NCBI RefSeq assembly: GCF_006345805.1
Contig: NC_043002.1
Coordinates: 107,384,001-107,448,000, forward strand
Origin: Octopus sinensis
Lineage: Eukaryota
Reading direction: 5' to 3'
Length of the DNA: 64,000 bases
Shown: positions 50,992 through 62,129 of the stretch, in pieces
Position numbering within the stretch: the first letter of the stretch is position 1
How the letters are laid out: every line of letters begins with the position of its first letter
Notes under the pieces: model-generated
What the model was told of the DNA's origin: nothing
Databases searched by the model: none
What the model saw: only the letters and a program-made list of their open reading frames with translations
Made by a program: the position numbers and the translations under genes

Positions 50992-51619
50992 TGTGTGGTC
51001 CCCATGTATTGGCAGGACTTTGAACTATGACCTCCCTTGGTTGTTGAACTATTATGAATTGGTCTCGCTTTGAGGCCCTCTTCCGCTTCATAACAAGCCC
51101 AGTATGTTTCGCTCAATGGTGAATAAACCCCGAGAAAGTAGACTAGTTTTAATTTATGCCAATTAATTCACAATTGAATCAGTGGGTGTAGTGTTAAATG
51201 GATTTTCTCTAAAAAGAATCGGCTTATATTTGACAACCGAATTCATATAAACTACGCCACCATTTCCCCTATTAAGTTTTCTTTTAGTACAACTCATTTG
51301 TCCTGCAGGATTGTTACGTGCATCACACACAGCGGTGTTGGCTATCATGCGTCGAGATGAAAGCTTCACAATTGCCTTTCCAATGGTGTTAGTTGTTGCG
51401 TTATACTATGTTGCAGCGGTGGACACTTCAGCTGTTATTTCAGAAAGGCTCCTAGGCGCAGGAGTGGCTGTGTGGTAAGTAGCTTGCTTACCAGCCACAT
51501 GGTTCCGGGTTCAGTCCCACTGCGTGGCACCTTGGACAAATGTCTTCTACTATAGCCTCGGGCCGACCAAAGCCTTGTGAGTGGATTTCGTAGACGGAAA
51601 CTGAAAGAAGCCCGTCGTA

Positions 51620-51661
<42 letters not shown>

Positions 51662-51914
51662 GCGTGCGTGTATGTTTGTGTGTCTGTATTTGTCCCCCTA
51701 GCATTGCTTGACAACCGATGCTGGTGTGTTTATGTCCCTGTCACTTAGCGGTTCGGCAAAAGAGACCGATAGAATAAGTACTGGGCTTACAAATAATAAG
51801 TCCCGGGGTCGAGTTGCTCGATTAAAGGTGGTGCTCCAGCATGGCCGCAGTCAAAGGACTGAAACAACTAAAAGAGTAAAGAGTATAACTAGGTACATGT
51901 TTTTATGAAATTAG

Positions 51915-52520
51915 GTGACCTCACTTCCGGCTCTATTTACTTTCACTTTTGACGACACTAAACTGCGTGTTAACTCCATAATGCGTATGATTTCTAAAAC
52001 TCAGTCTTTTTAAAAACAGTTTTTTTTTTCTAAATTTTTTTCCTTCTTACTTTTGATATTTTAACAAGGCGATTAAGCACCCAAAGTGGCCGGCTACAAA
52101 ATGACATGAAAGCAGTAATCTTTTATAATCGGTAATGAAATAAAAGTGAAAGGTGTTGATTTATCAGGAAAATTCAAATAATTTATATGGAATGTTTGTT
52201 GTTGTTACACAGAAGATAAAATAAAATGATTAAATAGAAATAGTAAGTTATGAATAATGCTTATTTGTAATTTTTAGTTTTTAATCCTTGAACTGAAATA
52301 AAAGGATTATAGCGGATTACCAATCGTTCCTTAATCTCTAAATTACTTGATGAATGAAAGTGTGTTTGAGAAAATAATACCAAGCAAACCTTTGTAAGAT
52401 TAGAAGAGACTGTCTCACGTTCCATACCTTTCACTTCCATTTTATACCCGAGTATCATTTTCTTTTGCTTTACGGTCGGCCATTTTGTGTGTCTACTTCG
52501 AAAGATCGCCCATTTTCACC
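51915..52520 (-). promoter_or_regulatory. Possible promoter / first-exon region
   Basis: ETS-like cacttccgg (~51921), three AAAATGG motifs including YY1-like aaaatggccg, and an AAG|gtatgg donor at 52428/52427. Motif-only inference. Confidence 0.2.
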
Positions 52521-52757
52521 TATACTTTTTTCATAGTTATTTGACTCCAGTGAGCCATCATTGAGCAAATCTATGAGTAATCGTCTTCCATCTGTAACAA
52601 CTCTTGTCTTTACGTGTGTGTGTCTATGTATGTATATATACATACTTACATATATTATATATATATATATATATATAAATTCGGGGTGAGTACTTGATAA
52701 TTATAAGCACCTGTGTATACCGTTTGGTGGTGTAGGTGGTGGGGTAAATTGATCAAA

Positions 52758-53053
52758 ATAAAATAAAAACATGATGCGAAGGATTCAGCGGTACATATGT
52801 TTCGGGCCTTTATTAGACAGATTTATAACAATGCATAATGTATGTCTGTGGCTTCTTCAGCCGCGCACAACAGCTTCCACAAGGACATGTGTTACATCAT
52901 GTGTTACATTTGATGTAACACATGTCCTTGCGGAAGCTGTTGTGCGCGGCTGAAGAAGGCCACAGACATACATTATGCATTGTTATAAATCTGTCTAATA
53001 AAGGCCCGAAACATATGTACCGCTGAATCCTTCGCATCATGTTTTTATTTTAT
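52758..53053. repeat. ~296-bp near-perfect palindrome (family H3) carrying hammerhead motifs
   Basis: Arms 52758-52899 and 52911-53053 differ by one substitution and one indel that I could see; 11-nt spacer. Confidence 0.9.
52946..53023 (+). ncRNA. Type-I hammerhead motif
   Basis: gcgg CTGAAGA A GGCC..41 nt..GGCC C GAAA C atat GTA ccgc: GUA triplet, palindromic stem III (ACATATGT), stem I gcgg/ccgc. Confidence 0.65.
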
Positions 53054-53084
53054 ATATATATATATATTATATATATATATATAT

Positions 53085-53919
53085 ATTGGCACACAAAGGT
53101 AAATGACGTGAAGACTGGATACACTGGCCCAGGAAGAATTGCAATCCCTGAGTCAAAATCAGTGCGTGACCTGGGCATTGACATGAGCAATGATGCATCT
53201 TTCCAAATGCATATTGCTAATCTGGTGATAAAAGCCAGACGGCTAGCTGGATGGATTCTCCGAACTTTCAGAACAAGAGAGAAGGAGACACTGATGGTCC
53301 TATGGAAAACATTTGTCCTCAGCCGCTTGGACTACTGCTCCCAATTTTGGTCACCACACAATATAAAACAAACAGCAGAACTCGAAGCAACTCAGAGAAG
53401 CTACACAAAGAAAATCGTCTCAATGCAAAATGTCAGCTACTGGGAAAGACTGAAGGTATTAACCTCTTCTCCCTGGAGCGGAGGCGGAGAGATATGCAGT
53501 GATATACATCTGGAAAATCCTGGAGGGTCTTGTCCCAAACTTTGGCATTCAAAGTTACTCCAACCGCAGAACGGGGCGCCGCTGCGTGGTGCCAAGGATT
53601 CCAACATCACCATCAAAATACAGGTCCAGATACTGCAACAGCTTGGGTTTCAGAGGACCACAGCTCTTAACATCCTCCCTAAATGCCTGAGAGACTTACA
53701 TGGTGTGGATGTGGGTTTCTTTAAAACTAAACTGGATCTCTTCTTGTTGGGAGTCCCAGATGAACCTACCTCACGACAGGAGACACGGATGCGGGCAGCA
53801 GCATCGAACTCCCTTGTTGATCAAGTGCCACGTATCAGAGGTGGATTCACAAACTAGTGTAGCTCATTCAGCGGTGGTGCCCCAGCATGGCCGCGGCCTT
53901 CGGGCTAAAACATTTTTAA

Positions 53920-53920
<1 letters not shown>
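53085..53920 (+). mobile_element. CR1-group LINE, 5'-truncated RT C-terminus with 3' tail
   Basis: VRDLGI..SND..F..HI...A.R..GWILRTF..R....L..LWKTFVLSRLDYCSQFWSP...LE..QR.YTK...SYWERLK (frameshifts) ...SNSLVDQ; tail ggtgccccagcatggccgcggccttcgggctaaaac. Confidence 0.9.
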
Positions 53921-53988
<68 letters not shown>

Positions 53989-54404
53989 GAGGCGCAATGG
54001 CCCAGTGGTTAGGGCAGCAGACTCCCGGTCGTAGGATCGCGGTTTCGATTCCCAGACTGGGCGTTGTGAGTGTTTATTGAGCGAAAACACCTAAAGCTCC
54101 ACAAGGCTCCGGCAGGGATGGTGGCGATCCCTGCTGTACTCTCACTCTTACTTCCTGTTTCTGTTGTACCTGTATTTCAAAGGGCCGGCCTTGTCACTCA
54201 CTCTCTGTGTCACGCTGAATATCCCCGAGAACTGCGTTAAGGGTACACGTGTTTGTGGAGTGCTCAGCCACTTACACGTTAATTTCACGAGTAGGCTGTT
54301 CCGTTGATCGGATCGACCGGAACCCTCGTCGTCGTAACCGACGGAGTGCTTCCATATATATATATATATTAGAAGGTTTGGAGATGATGTACAGGTATTA
54401 TATA

Positions 54405-54671
54405 TTAGAAGAAATAAGGTACTCAGAAATCTGGATGGTTTTATATTTACAGATTTTTATTAATGTCACGTTTTTATAAATCATATATTAGCGCTTGCGT
54501 CCTCTCTAGTAGAATCTGGAGATTTCAAATCTGGAGGTTCAAATCAAACATTCAAATCTGGAGATTCTACTAGAGTAGATGCAAGCGCTAATATATGAGT
54601 TATAAAAACATGTGACATATTAATAAAAATCTGTAAAGATTAACCATCCAGATTTCTGGGTACCTTACTTC

Positions 54672-54677
<6 letters not shown>
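54405..54677. mobile_element. Fold-back MITE with ~115-bp TIRs in (TA)n
   Basis: ttagaagaaataaggtac...ctagtagaatct / agattctactag...gtaccttacttcttctaa; the spacer carries ttcaaatctggag repeats. Confidence 0.75.
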
Positions 54678-54719
<42 letters not shown>

Positions 54720-54722
<3 letters not shown>

Positions 54723-54931
54723 CGGGAAGCTTTATGAAAATAGACAAAAGACGAAGGCAGGTGGAATACAACAAACAATTGTATTAGTATGGCGCTCAGG
54801 AATATAAATAAAACAAGTCTTTTACGTTTCGAGCCTAGGCTCTTCAACAGAAAGATACACAGAAAAGAAACACAGAAAGAAACAAGGAGAGAAAAAAAAA
54901 TGCGTGCAGAGGCTAGCGAATCAACATGGCG

Positions 54932-54963
<32 letters not shown>

Positions 54964-55192
54964 TAATATATATATAATATAACGGGAAGCTTTATGAAAA
55001 TAGACAAAAGACGAAGGCAGGTGGAATACAAACAAACAATTGTATTAGTATGGCGCTCAGGAATATAAATAAAACAAGTCTTTTACGTTCGAGCCTAGGC
55101 TCTTCAACAGAAAGATACACAGAAAAGAAACACAGAAAGAACAAGGAGAGAAAAAAAAAATGCGTGCAGAGGCTAGCGAATCAACATGGCGA
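54720..55192 (-). mobile_element. Tandem dimer of hammerhead-bearing family H1
   Basis: Two ~212-bp units (54720-54932 and 54980-55192) separated by TA-rich sequence; motif tcttt CTGTTGA A GAGCctagGCTC GAAA C GTA aaaga. Confidence 0.8.
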
Positions 55193-55193
55193 T

Positions 55194-55267
<74 letters not shown>

Positions 55268-56017
55268 GAGAGAGAGAGAGAGAGAGAGGCGCGTGACACG
55301 TTGCCAAACATTATGGGTACAGTAGATCACTTTCATACTGCATTCCTATCTCTGACGTGGTATGACAATTTCCATAACTCAAGATAAGTAAATGTGCGAA
55401 GGCTGCACTCTGCGTATAATAAAGGAACGCAGAAAACATAATCAGTGTCTATGCTTATATTATGTACACGTGTTTCAGGAGACCAGCAAAACAGCTTAAA
55501 TTTCCAGTCACGCAACAAAGAGAGCCGGCTGCATTTGTCGCGCAACAAGGCATTTAAGCTCTCGCAATCGATGTTTTACGGGTCATGTAAAACACGTGTG
55601 CATGTTATAAAGTATACATAGGGATTACGTATTCTGTGTTCCTTTTGTGTGTGTGTTCATACACGAGTGCATGTCTATTTTATGAGAAAAAAATACTAAT
55701 TTTTTTCGTTCAGCTACTTTGAGTTTCTCGATCTGTGTTGCGTACGTCTTAGTTACTGCGTCATTGTAAATGGGAGCAGTTTGTTTCAGAAGATTGTGTT
55801 TGGTCCTGATATTTGTTCATTATTAAATCATAAATATATTGTTATAGGCGCAGGAGTGGCTGTGTGGTAAGTAGCTTGCTAACCAACCATATGGTTCAGG
55901 GTTCAGTCCCACTGCGTGGCACCTTGGGTAAGTGTTTTCTGCTATAGCCCCGGGCCGACCAATGCCTTGTGAGTGGATTTGGTAGGCGGAAACTGAAAGA
56001 AGCCCGTCGTATATATG

Positions 56018-56056
<39 letters not shown>

Positions 56057-56569
56057 TTGTCCCCCTAGCATTGCTTGACAACCGATGCTGGCGTGTTTAC
56101 GTCCCCGTCACTTAGCGGTTCGGCAAAAGAGACCGATAGAATAAGTACTGGGCTTACAAAGAAGAAGTCCATGGGTCTAGTTGCTCGACTAAAGGCGGTG
56201 CTCCAGCATGGCCGCAGTCAAATGACTGAAACAAGTAAAAGAGAAAGAGAGTTGTGGCTATTTATTATTGTCATCGTCGTGAAGGGGGCGAACTGACAGA
56301 CTCGCTGGTGCGCCGGGCGAAATACTTAACGGCATTTCGTCCGTCTTTGGGTTGTGAGTTCAAATGCCGTCGATGTGGACTTTGCCTTTCATCCTTTCGG
56401 AGTCGATAAAATAAATACCAGTTGAAGACTGAGGTCGATGTAATTGACTAACATCCTCCCCCAAAATTTCAGGCCCTGCGCCTACAGCAGGAAGGATTGT
56501 TATTAAGGCGATGAACTGGCAGAACCGTGAGCAAGCCTGGGAAAAGCCTTGAGTCTATAGAAGAATGAA

Positions 56570-56990
56570 CCATTATTTTACTCGTGCACGGTCGGACAGG
56601 GCTGGCCAGTCTCGCTTCTTTTGTACGTATTGGCTCTCGAGTCACTGCTGCGGAAGATGGAATAATTGGAGAGGGGCGGGGTCCTCTCGTACATGAACTC
56701 GTGAAGGCCAGGTCGACGTGCGCGGACGGGGTCACCGTCGTGGTGTTGGACGCCACCGAAGTGGCGACGGTTGATACTATTCTAAGCGAATATGAAACGG
56801 TGGCAAGGGCCAAGATCAATGCGAACAACTCGCTCTGCATAGCGGCTTAGGTATACCGTGGCTGCTGATCCGTAGACACGCGCTGAGGCTTTGCCACTTG
56901 CAAAGATACCTAGACGGTTACCAATACAGAAAGAGATGTTGGCATCTGTCACCGCTGCCCTTATGAGCTTTCATGCCTGGTTTCCATTTT
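56570..56990 (+). mobile_element. Decayed Tx1/L1-clade RT fragment
   Basis: GRGPLVHELVKA...VTVVVL...TILSEY, frameshift, (W>stop)NGG...SGLGIPWLLIRRHALRLCHLQRYLDG follows the Tx1 pattern GR.LV.N.LV...FLW.G...GG.G....RL..IQRYL; high GC3 on the plus strand. Confidence 0.6.
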
Positions 56991-57779
56991 GAAGATACCT
57001 TCCTCCCATTAGTCTCGGAGGTCCTGTAATAGATCATGAATCCCGCCTTCCCTCCTGACTAAAAGATTTTTTTTAAAAAACAGTAACAGCAGTGGCATTA
57101 CTGTAAAATTGGTAAGCGTTGGTTTGTTGACGAAAAAATTCAGTTCATTTTGTAGGTCTGCAGATGGTAATAGGAAACCCCTCTAGTGTATATTTTCTCC
57201 TAGAATCATCATTGTCTTTAATTAAAGAATTCTTATGATGACTAAGTTGATAGAAAAAATAATAATTAAAAAGCAAAAGAAACCCGTCTTTAAACTCGCG
57301 AAGTTCTTTAACCTTTTTGTTACCATATTCCTACTAAAATACAGCCCCTTTGTTTCGATAAAACTTGAAAGCGATGAAAAATTGATATCTAGATCGAATT
57401 AACAGAATTTTAACGGAAGGTTAACAAGGAATTTGTATCATAGAAGTAGGATCGGTCTCAGGCGGATTGGTATCAAAAGGGTGACCTCGTGCCAGATGTT
57501 CTTCGGTTTCTATGCAGCCAACTAATTTAAACTACTTCCTGAACGGTTTCTAGTTATTATTGTTTGCTGACGCACACCAATCTCTTTGGATTCCATTGTT
57601 TCACTGGGAAAAGTATGGAGGGAGATTCTAGGAACCCTAAACCCGAATTGGAAATTGGAAACAAGGGCATAAAAGTCTTTGAAAATATTCTGAATCCAAC
57701 CATTAACATCAATGATTTCATCAATACACAAATACAATTCACACATACACACTTACATGTGAGTATTTCAAACATACGT

Positions 57780-57810
<31 letters not shown>

Positions 57811-57866
57811 AACTGTCTGTCTATCTATCTATCTATCTATGTATATATATATATATATTTATCGAT

Positions 57867-57913
<47 letters not shown>

Positions 57914-58004
57914 AACTGTCTGTCTATCTATCTATCTATGTATATATATATATATATATTTATCTATCTATCTATCTATCTATGTATATATCTATCTATC
58001 TATA

Positions 58005-58035
<31 letters not shown>

Positions 58036-58151
58036 ATATATATATTTATCTATCTATCTATCTATCTGTCTGTCTGTCTGTCTGTCTATCATCTATCTAT
58101 CTGTCTATCTGTTTATCTATCTATCTATCATCTATCTATCTGTCTATCTGT

Positions 58152-58185
<34 letters not shown>

Positions 58186-58246
58186 GTCTATCTATCTATC
58201 TATCTATCATCTATCTATCTGTCTGTCTGTCTATCTATCTCTACGT

Positions 58247-58308
<62 letters not shown>
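57780..58308. repeat. (ATCT)n compound microsatellite followed by (GA)n
   Basis: Direct inspection. Confidence 0.95.
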
Positions 58309-58310
<2 letters not shown>

Positions 58311-59939
58311 ATTTGATTATTTTCTTGTTCTTTTTCATGAAAATTATATAATAAACATTTTGTTGAGTCTGAAAACCAAAATGAATCTGGACAGAAGAAC
58401 GATAACGAAATTTAACAAACTAATTGAAATCTGACTCCGACCCGTGTAAACAAAACGATAACAATAACACGAATACTCCTTTCTACTCTTGACACAATGC
58501 CTGAAATTTTGCGGTCACATCGACCCCCAGCGCTCGTTTGGTATTTATTCTAAGTTGAAGGCGGCGAGCTGGCAGAAACGTTAGCACACCTGGCGAAATG
58601 CTTAACGTTATTTCGTCTGCCGTTACGTTCTGAATTCAAATTCCGCCGAGGTCGACTTTGCCTTTCATCCTTTCGGGGTCGATAAATTAAGTACCAGTTA
58701 CGCACTGGGGTCGATGTAATCGACTTAATCCGTTTGTCTGTCCTTGTTCGTCCCCTCTGTGTTTAGCCCCTTGTGGTCAATAAAGAAATAGGTATTTATT
58801 CTATCGATCCCGAGAGGATGAAAGGTAAAGTCGACCTCGGCAGAATTTGAACTCAGAACGTAAAGAGCCGAAAGAATGCCGCTAAATATTTTGTTTGGTG
58901 CTCTACCGATTCTGCGGATTTCGTTGTATTAAAAAACTGGTCCCTCCCAGCAAATTTTCGTTCCTTGTGCCTAGAGTAGAAATTACTATAGGCACAAGGC
59001 ACAAAATTTTGCTGGGAATGGCCAGTGCTTGACTGGTACTTTATTTTATCGACCCGAAAATTGATAACTTATTAATTTGGGTGTTAATTACAAACTGTGG
59101 AGGCGCAATGGCCCAGTGGTTAGGGCAGCGGACTCGCGGTCATAGGATCGCGGTTTCGATTCCCAGACATCTAAAAGCTCCACGAGGCTCCGGCAGGGGA
59201 TGGTGGTGATCCCTGCTGTATTCTTTCACCACAACTTTCTCTCACTCTTACTTCCTGTTTCTGTTGTACTTGTATTTCAAAGGGCCGGCCTTGTCACTCT
59301 CTCTGTCACGCTGAATATCCCCGAGAACTACGTTAAGGGTACACGTGTCTGTGGAGTGCTCAGCCACTTACACGTTAATTTCACGAGCAGGCTGTTCCGT
59401 TGATTCGGATCAACCGGAACCCTCGTCGTCGTAACCGACGGAGTGCTTCCATCAATTACATACTATGTAAGACAGTGGTCCTGTATTGCTTATTACATAT
59501 CATTTACTAATTTATTATGACTGTTGACATTGAATATTTACAGTACTGTAGCGAAGTTGTAAAAGTCAAAAACAATTATTTTTTTTTACTATTTCCTATT
59601 CAAAGGTAAGAAATCAGTAAATAAACGTCCTCAATATTATGATTGATTTGACTCAAGTTCCTCCATATTCCTGGTAGAATTTATGTGGGTAGCGGGTTAC
59701 TACCCATAACCTTAAGCATCCACAAGCTTTCAATAGTCTTTCAAGTGTTTAAAACAACCCTCCAGGTAATCTTTCCTGTCCCTTAGAAGCAAATTTTCTG
59801 TCGAAGCTTCATAGGGTATTCTATTCCAGTCTCCTTCAACCATTTGTCTGTATCTTTGCTTTTAGTTCCTTTACAATTGTCGTATTCCAAATTCTTGCAA
59901 ATTTCGAATTTTAAGGGATTAGATCATTATATTATTATT

Positions 59940-60743
59940 ATTATTATATTATTATTATTATTATTATTGGAGTGGCTGTGTGGTAAGTAGCTTGCTTACC
60001 AACCACATGGTTCCGGGTTCAGTCCCACTGCGTGGCACCTTGGGCAAGTGTCTTCTACTATAGCCTCGGGCCGACCAATGCCTTGTGAGTGGATTTGGTA
60101 GATGGAAACTGAAAGAAGCCCGTCGTATATATGTATATATATATATATATGCGTGTGTGTGTTTGTGTGTCTGTGTTTGTCCCCCTAGCATTGCTTGACA
60201 ACCGATGCTGGTGTGTTTATGTCCCCGTTACTTAGCAGTTCGGCGGCAAAAGAGACCGATAGAATAAGTACTGGGCTTACAAAAGAATAAGTCCCGGGGT
60301 CGAGTTGCAAGTAAAAGAGAGTAAAATAGTATTATTATTATTATATTATTATTATTATTATATATTATTATTATTATTATTATTGGAGTGGCTGTGTGGT
60401 AAGTAGCTTGCTTACCAACCACATGGTTCCGGGTTCAGTCCCACTGCGTGGCACCTTGGGCAAGTGTCTTCTACTATAGCCTCGGGCCGACCAATGCCTT
60501 GTGAGTGGATTTGGTAGATGGAAACTGAAAGAAGCCCGTCGTATATATGTATATATATATATATATGCGTGTGTGTGTTTGTGTGTCTGTGTTTGTCCCC
60601 CTAGCATTGCTTGACAACCGATGCTGGTGTGTTTATGTCCCCGTTACTTAGCAGTTCGGCGGCAAAAGAGACCGATAGAATAAGTACTGGGCTTACAAAA
60701 GAATAAGTCCCGGGGTCGAGTTGCAAGTAAAAGAGAGTAAAAT

Positions 60744-60793
<50 letters not shown>
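59940..60793 (+). repeat. Tandem duplication (416-bp period) of a tail-deleted SINE A, bounded by (TAT)n
   Basis: Identical minus-strand ORFs at 59964 and 60380; both units share the ttcggcggcaaa insertion and the tail deletion. Confidence 0.9.
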
Positions 60794-60794
<1 letters not shown>

Positions 60795-61160
60795 TTCTTT
60801 TTATCACAAGTTTTGTTGGAACTCCTGGAGTCTTGCATGCATAGCGGGCTTGCTGCCTGCACCCTACGGTACCATCCTATACGTTCTTTTCAGCTATCTA
60901 ATACTTTCCTGATTATTCTGGCCGTGCCAAGGAGGCAGACCTTTTGTAACAGTTCTCCCTGGGCACTCTATTCCAATTTCGGAATTTCCTCCTACTGGGT
61001 TCACTTCTGATCCAGCATTCAATTACCGTTCCGTTTGCCCCCTTATCCCACCTTCTTCTCTGTTTGTGGTTTTGTCTACAAGCGGTCTCTGGATGACGAC
61101 CGAGCCTGCGCTGCTCAACCACAGGGCACCTGCCGGGCGAAAGGCTTTCACCTTTTGTTT
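60794..61160 (-). mobile_element. Second R4/Dong-clade 3' end
   Basis: IGIECP.ELLQKVCLLGTARIIRKVLDS*, then a 3' UTR ending in (TAA)n; 5' extent uncertain. Confidence 0.7.
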
Positions 61161-62075
61161 CAGCCTCTTTAACATCATTATTTTATACATTTGTATTAGA
61201 CATTTCTACTCAACATTGAGGTCTGTGTTTTAAGGTTAGCCTCCAACCGGTATTTCTATCGAGACACCATCTGTAGTAAAATTGTCAACCAAGACTCGCA
61301 AAGTATATACAACCCATAAGCTGAGCCTATTCCCTTCGCATTTCTGTGTGTTGGGGACCATATTGTTGTTGTTGTTATTATTAAGGCAGCGAGCTGGCCG
61401 AATCGTTAGCACACCGGGGGCGAAAAGCTAAGCGGTATTTCGTCTGCCGCTACGTTCTGAGTTCAAATTCTGCCGAGGTCAACTTTGCCTTTCATCCTTT
61501 CAGGGTCGATTAAATAAGTACCAGTTACGCACTGGGGTCGATATAATCGACTTAATCCGTTTGTCTGCCCTTGTTTGTCCTCTCTTTGTTTAGCCCCTTA
61601 TGGGTAGTAAAGAAATAGGTATTTCGTCTGCCGCTACGTTCTGAGTTCAAATTCCGCCGAGGCGACTTTGCCTTTTATCCTTTCGACTTAAACCCCCCCC
61701 CCCCCCAGTATTGCTACCCTTGTGGCGAAATTTGAAACTATTATTATTGTTGTTGTTGGTATTATTATATAAAATGTAATTAGTGATTAAATATAATTTG
61801 TAATTAGCTGATGACCACCTAAAATACAACTGGTCACAAATGGTTTCTTCTGAACAACATCCATCGTATCTCTACGTTACTTGAAGAATTATTGTCTGTC
61901 AACAATCAGAAATCTTGGTTATTGTGAATACAATAGAATTTATACCAAAATGTCGTTATGATCACGTTTTTGTCAATGTTTTTTATTGCAATATTTAAAT
62001 ATTTACTTTCGCTCAGATATGAGTATTTTCGGCAATACACGGCAACCCACGAATTGTGGATTCTTCTTCCTCTCC

Positions 62076-62129
<54 letters not shown>

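Noticed and set aside
50583-51116. 177-aa and 119-aa repetitive ORFs
   Set aside because: They are read-through of the 31-bp minisatellite, whose period is not a multiple of three.
56469-56840. 123-aa minus-strand ORF with a signal-peptide-like start; also a second minus frame with one TAG that could be read as an A-to-I-recoded Trp
   Set aside because: Codon pattern and Tx1-like motifs place the real coding on the plus strand. The S/T/A-rich and R/H/G/D-rich minus frames are typical antisense shadows.
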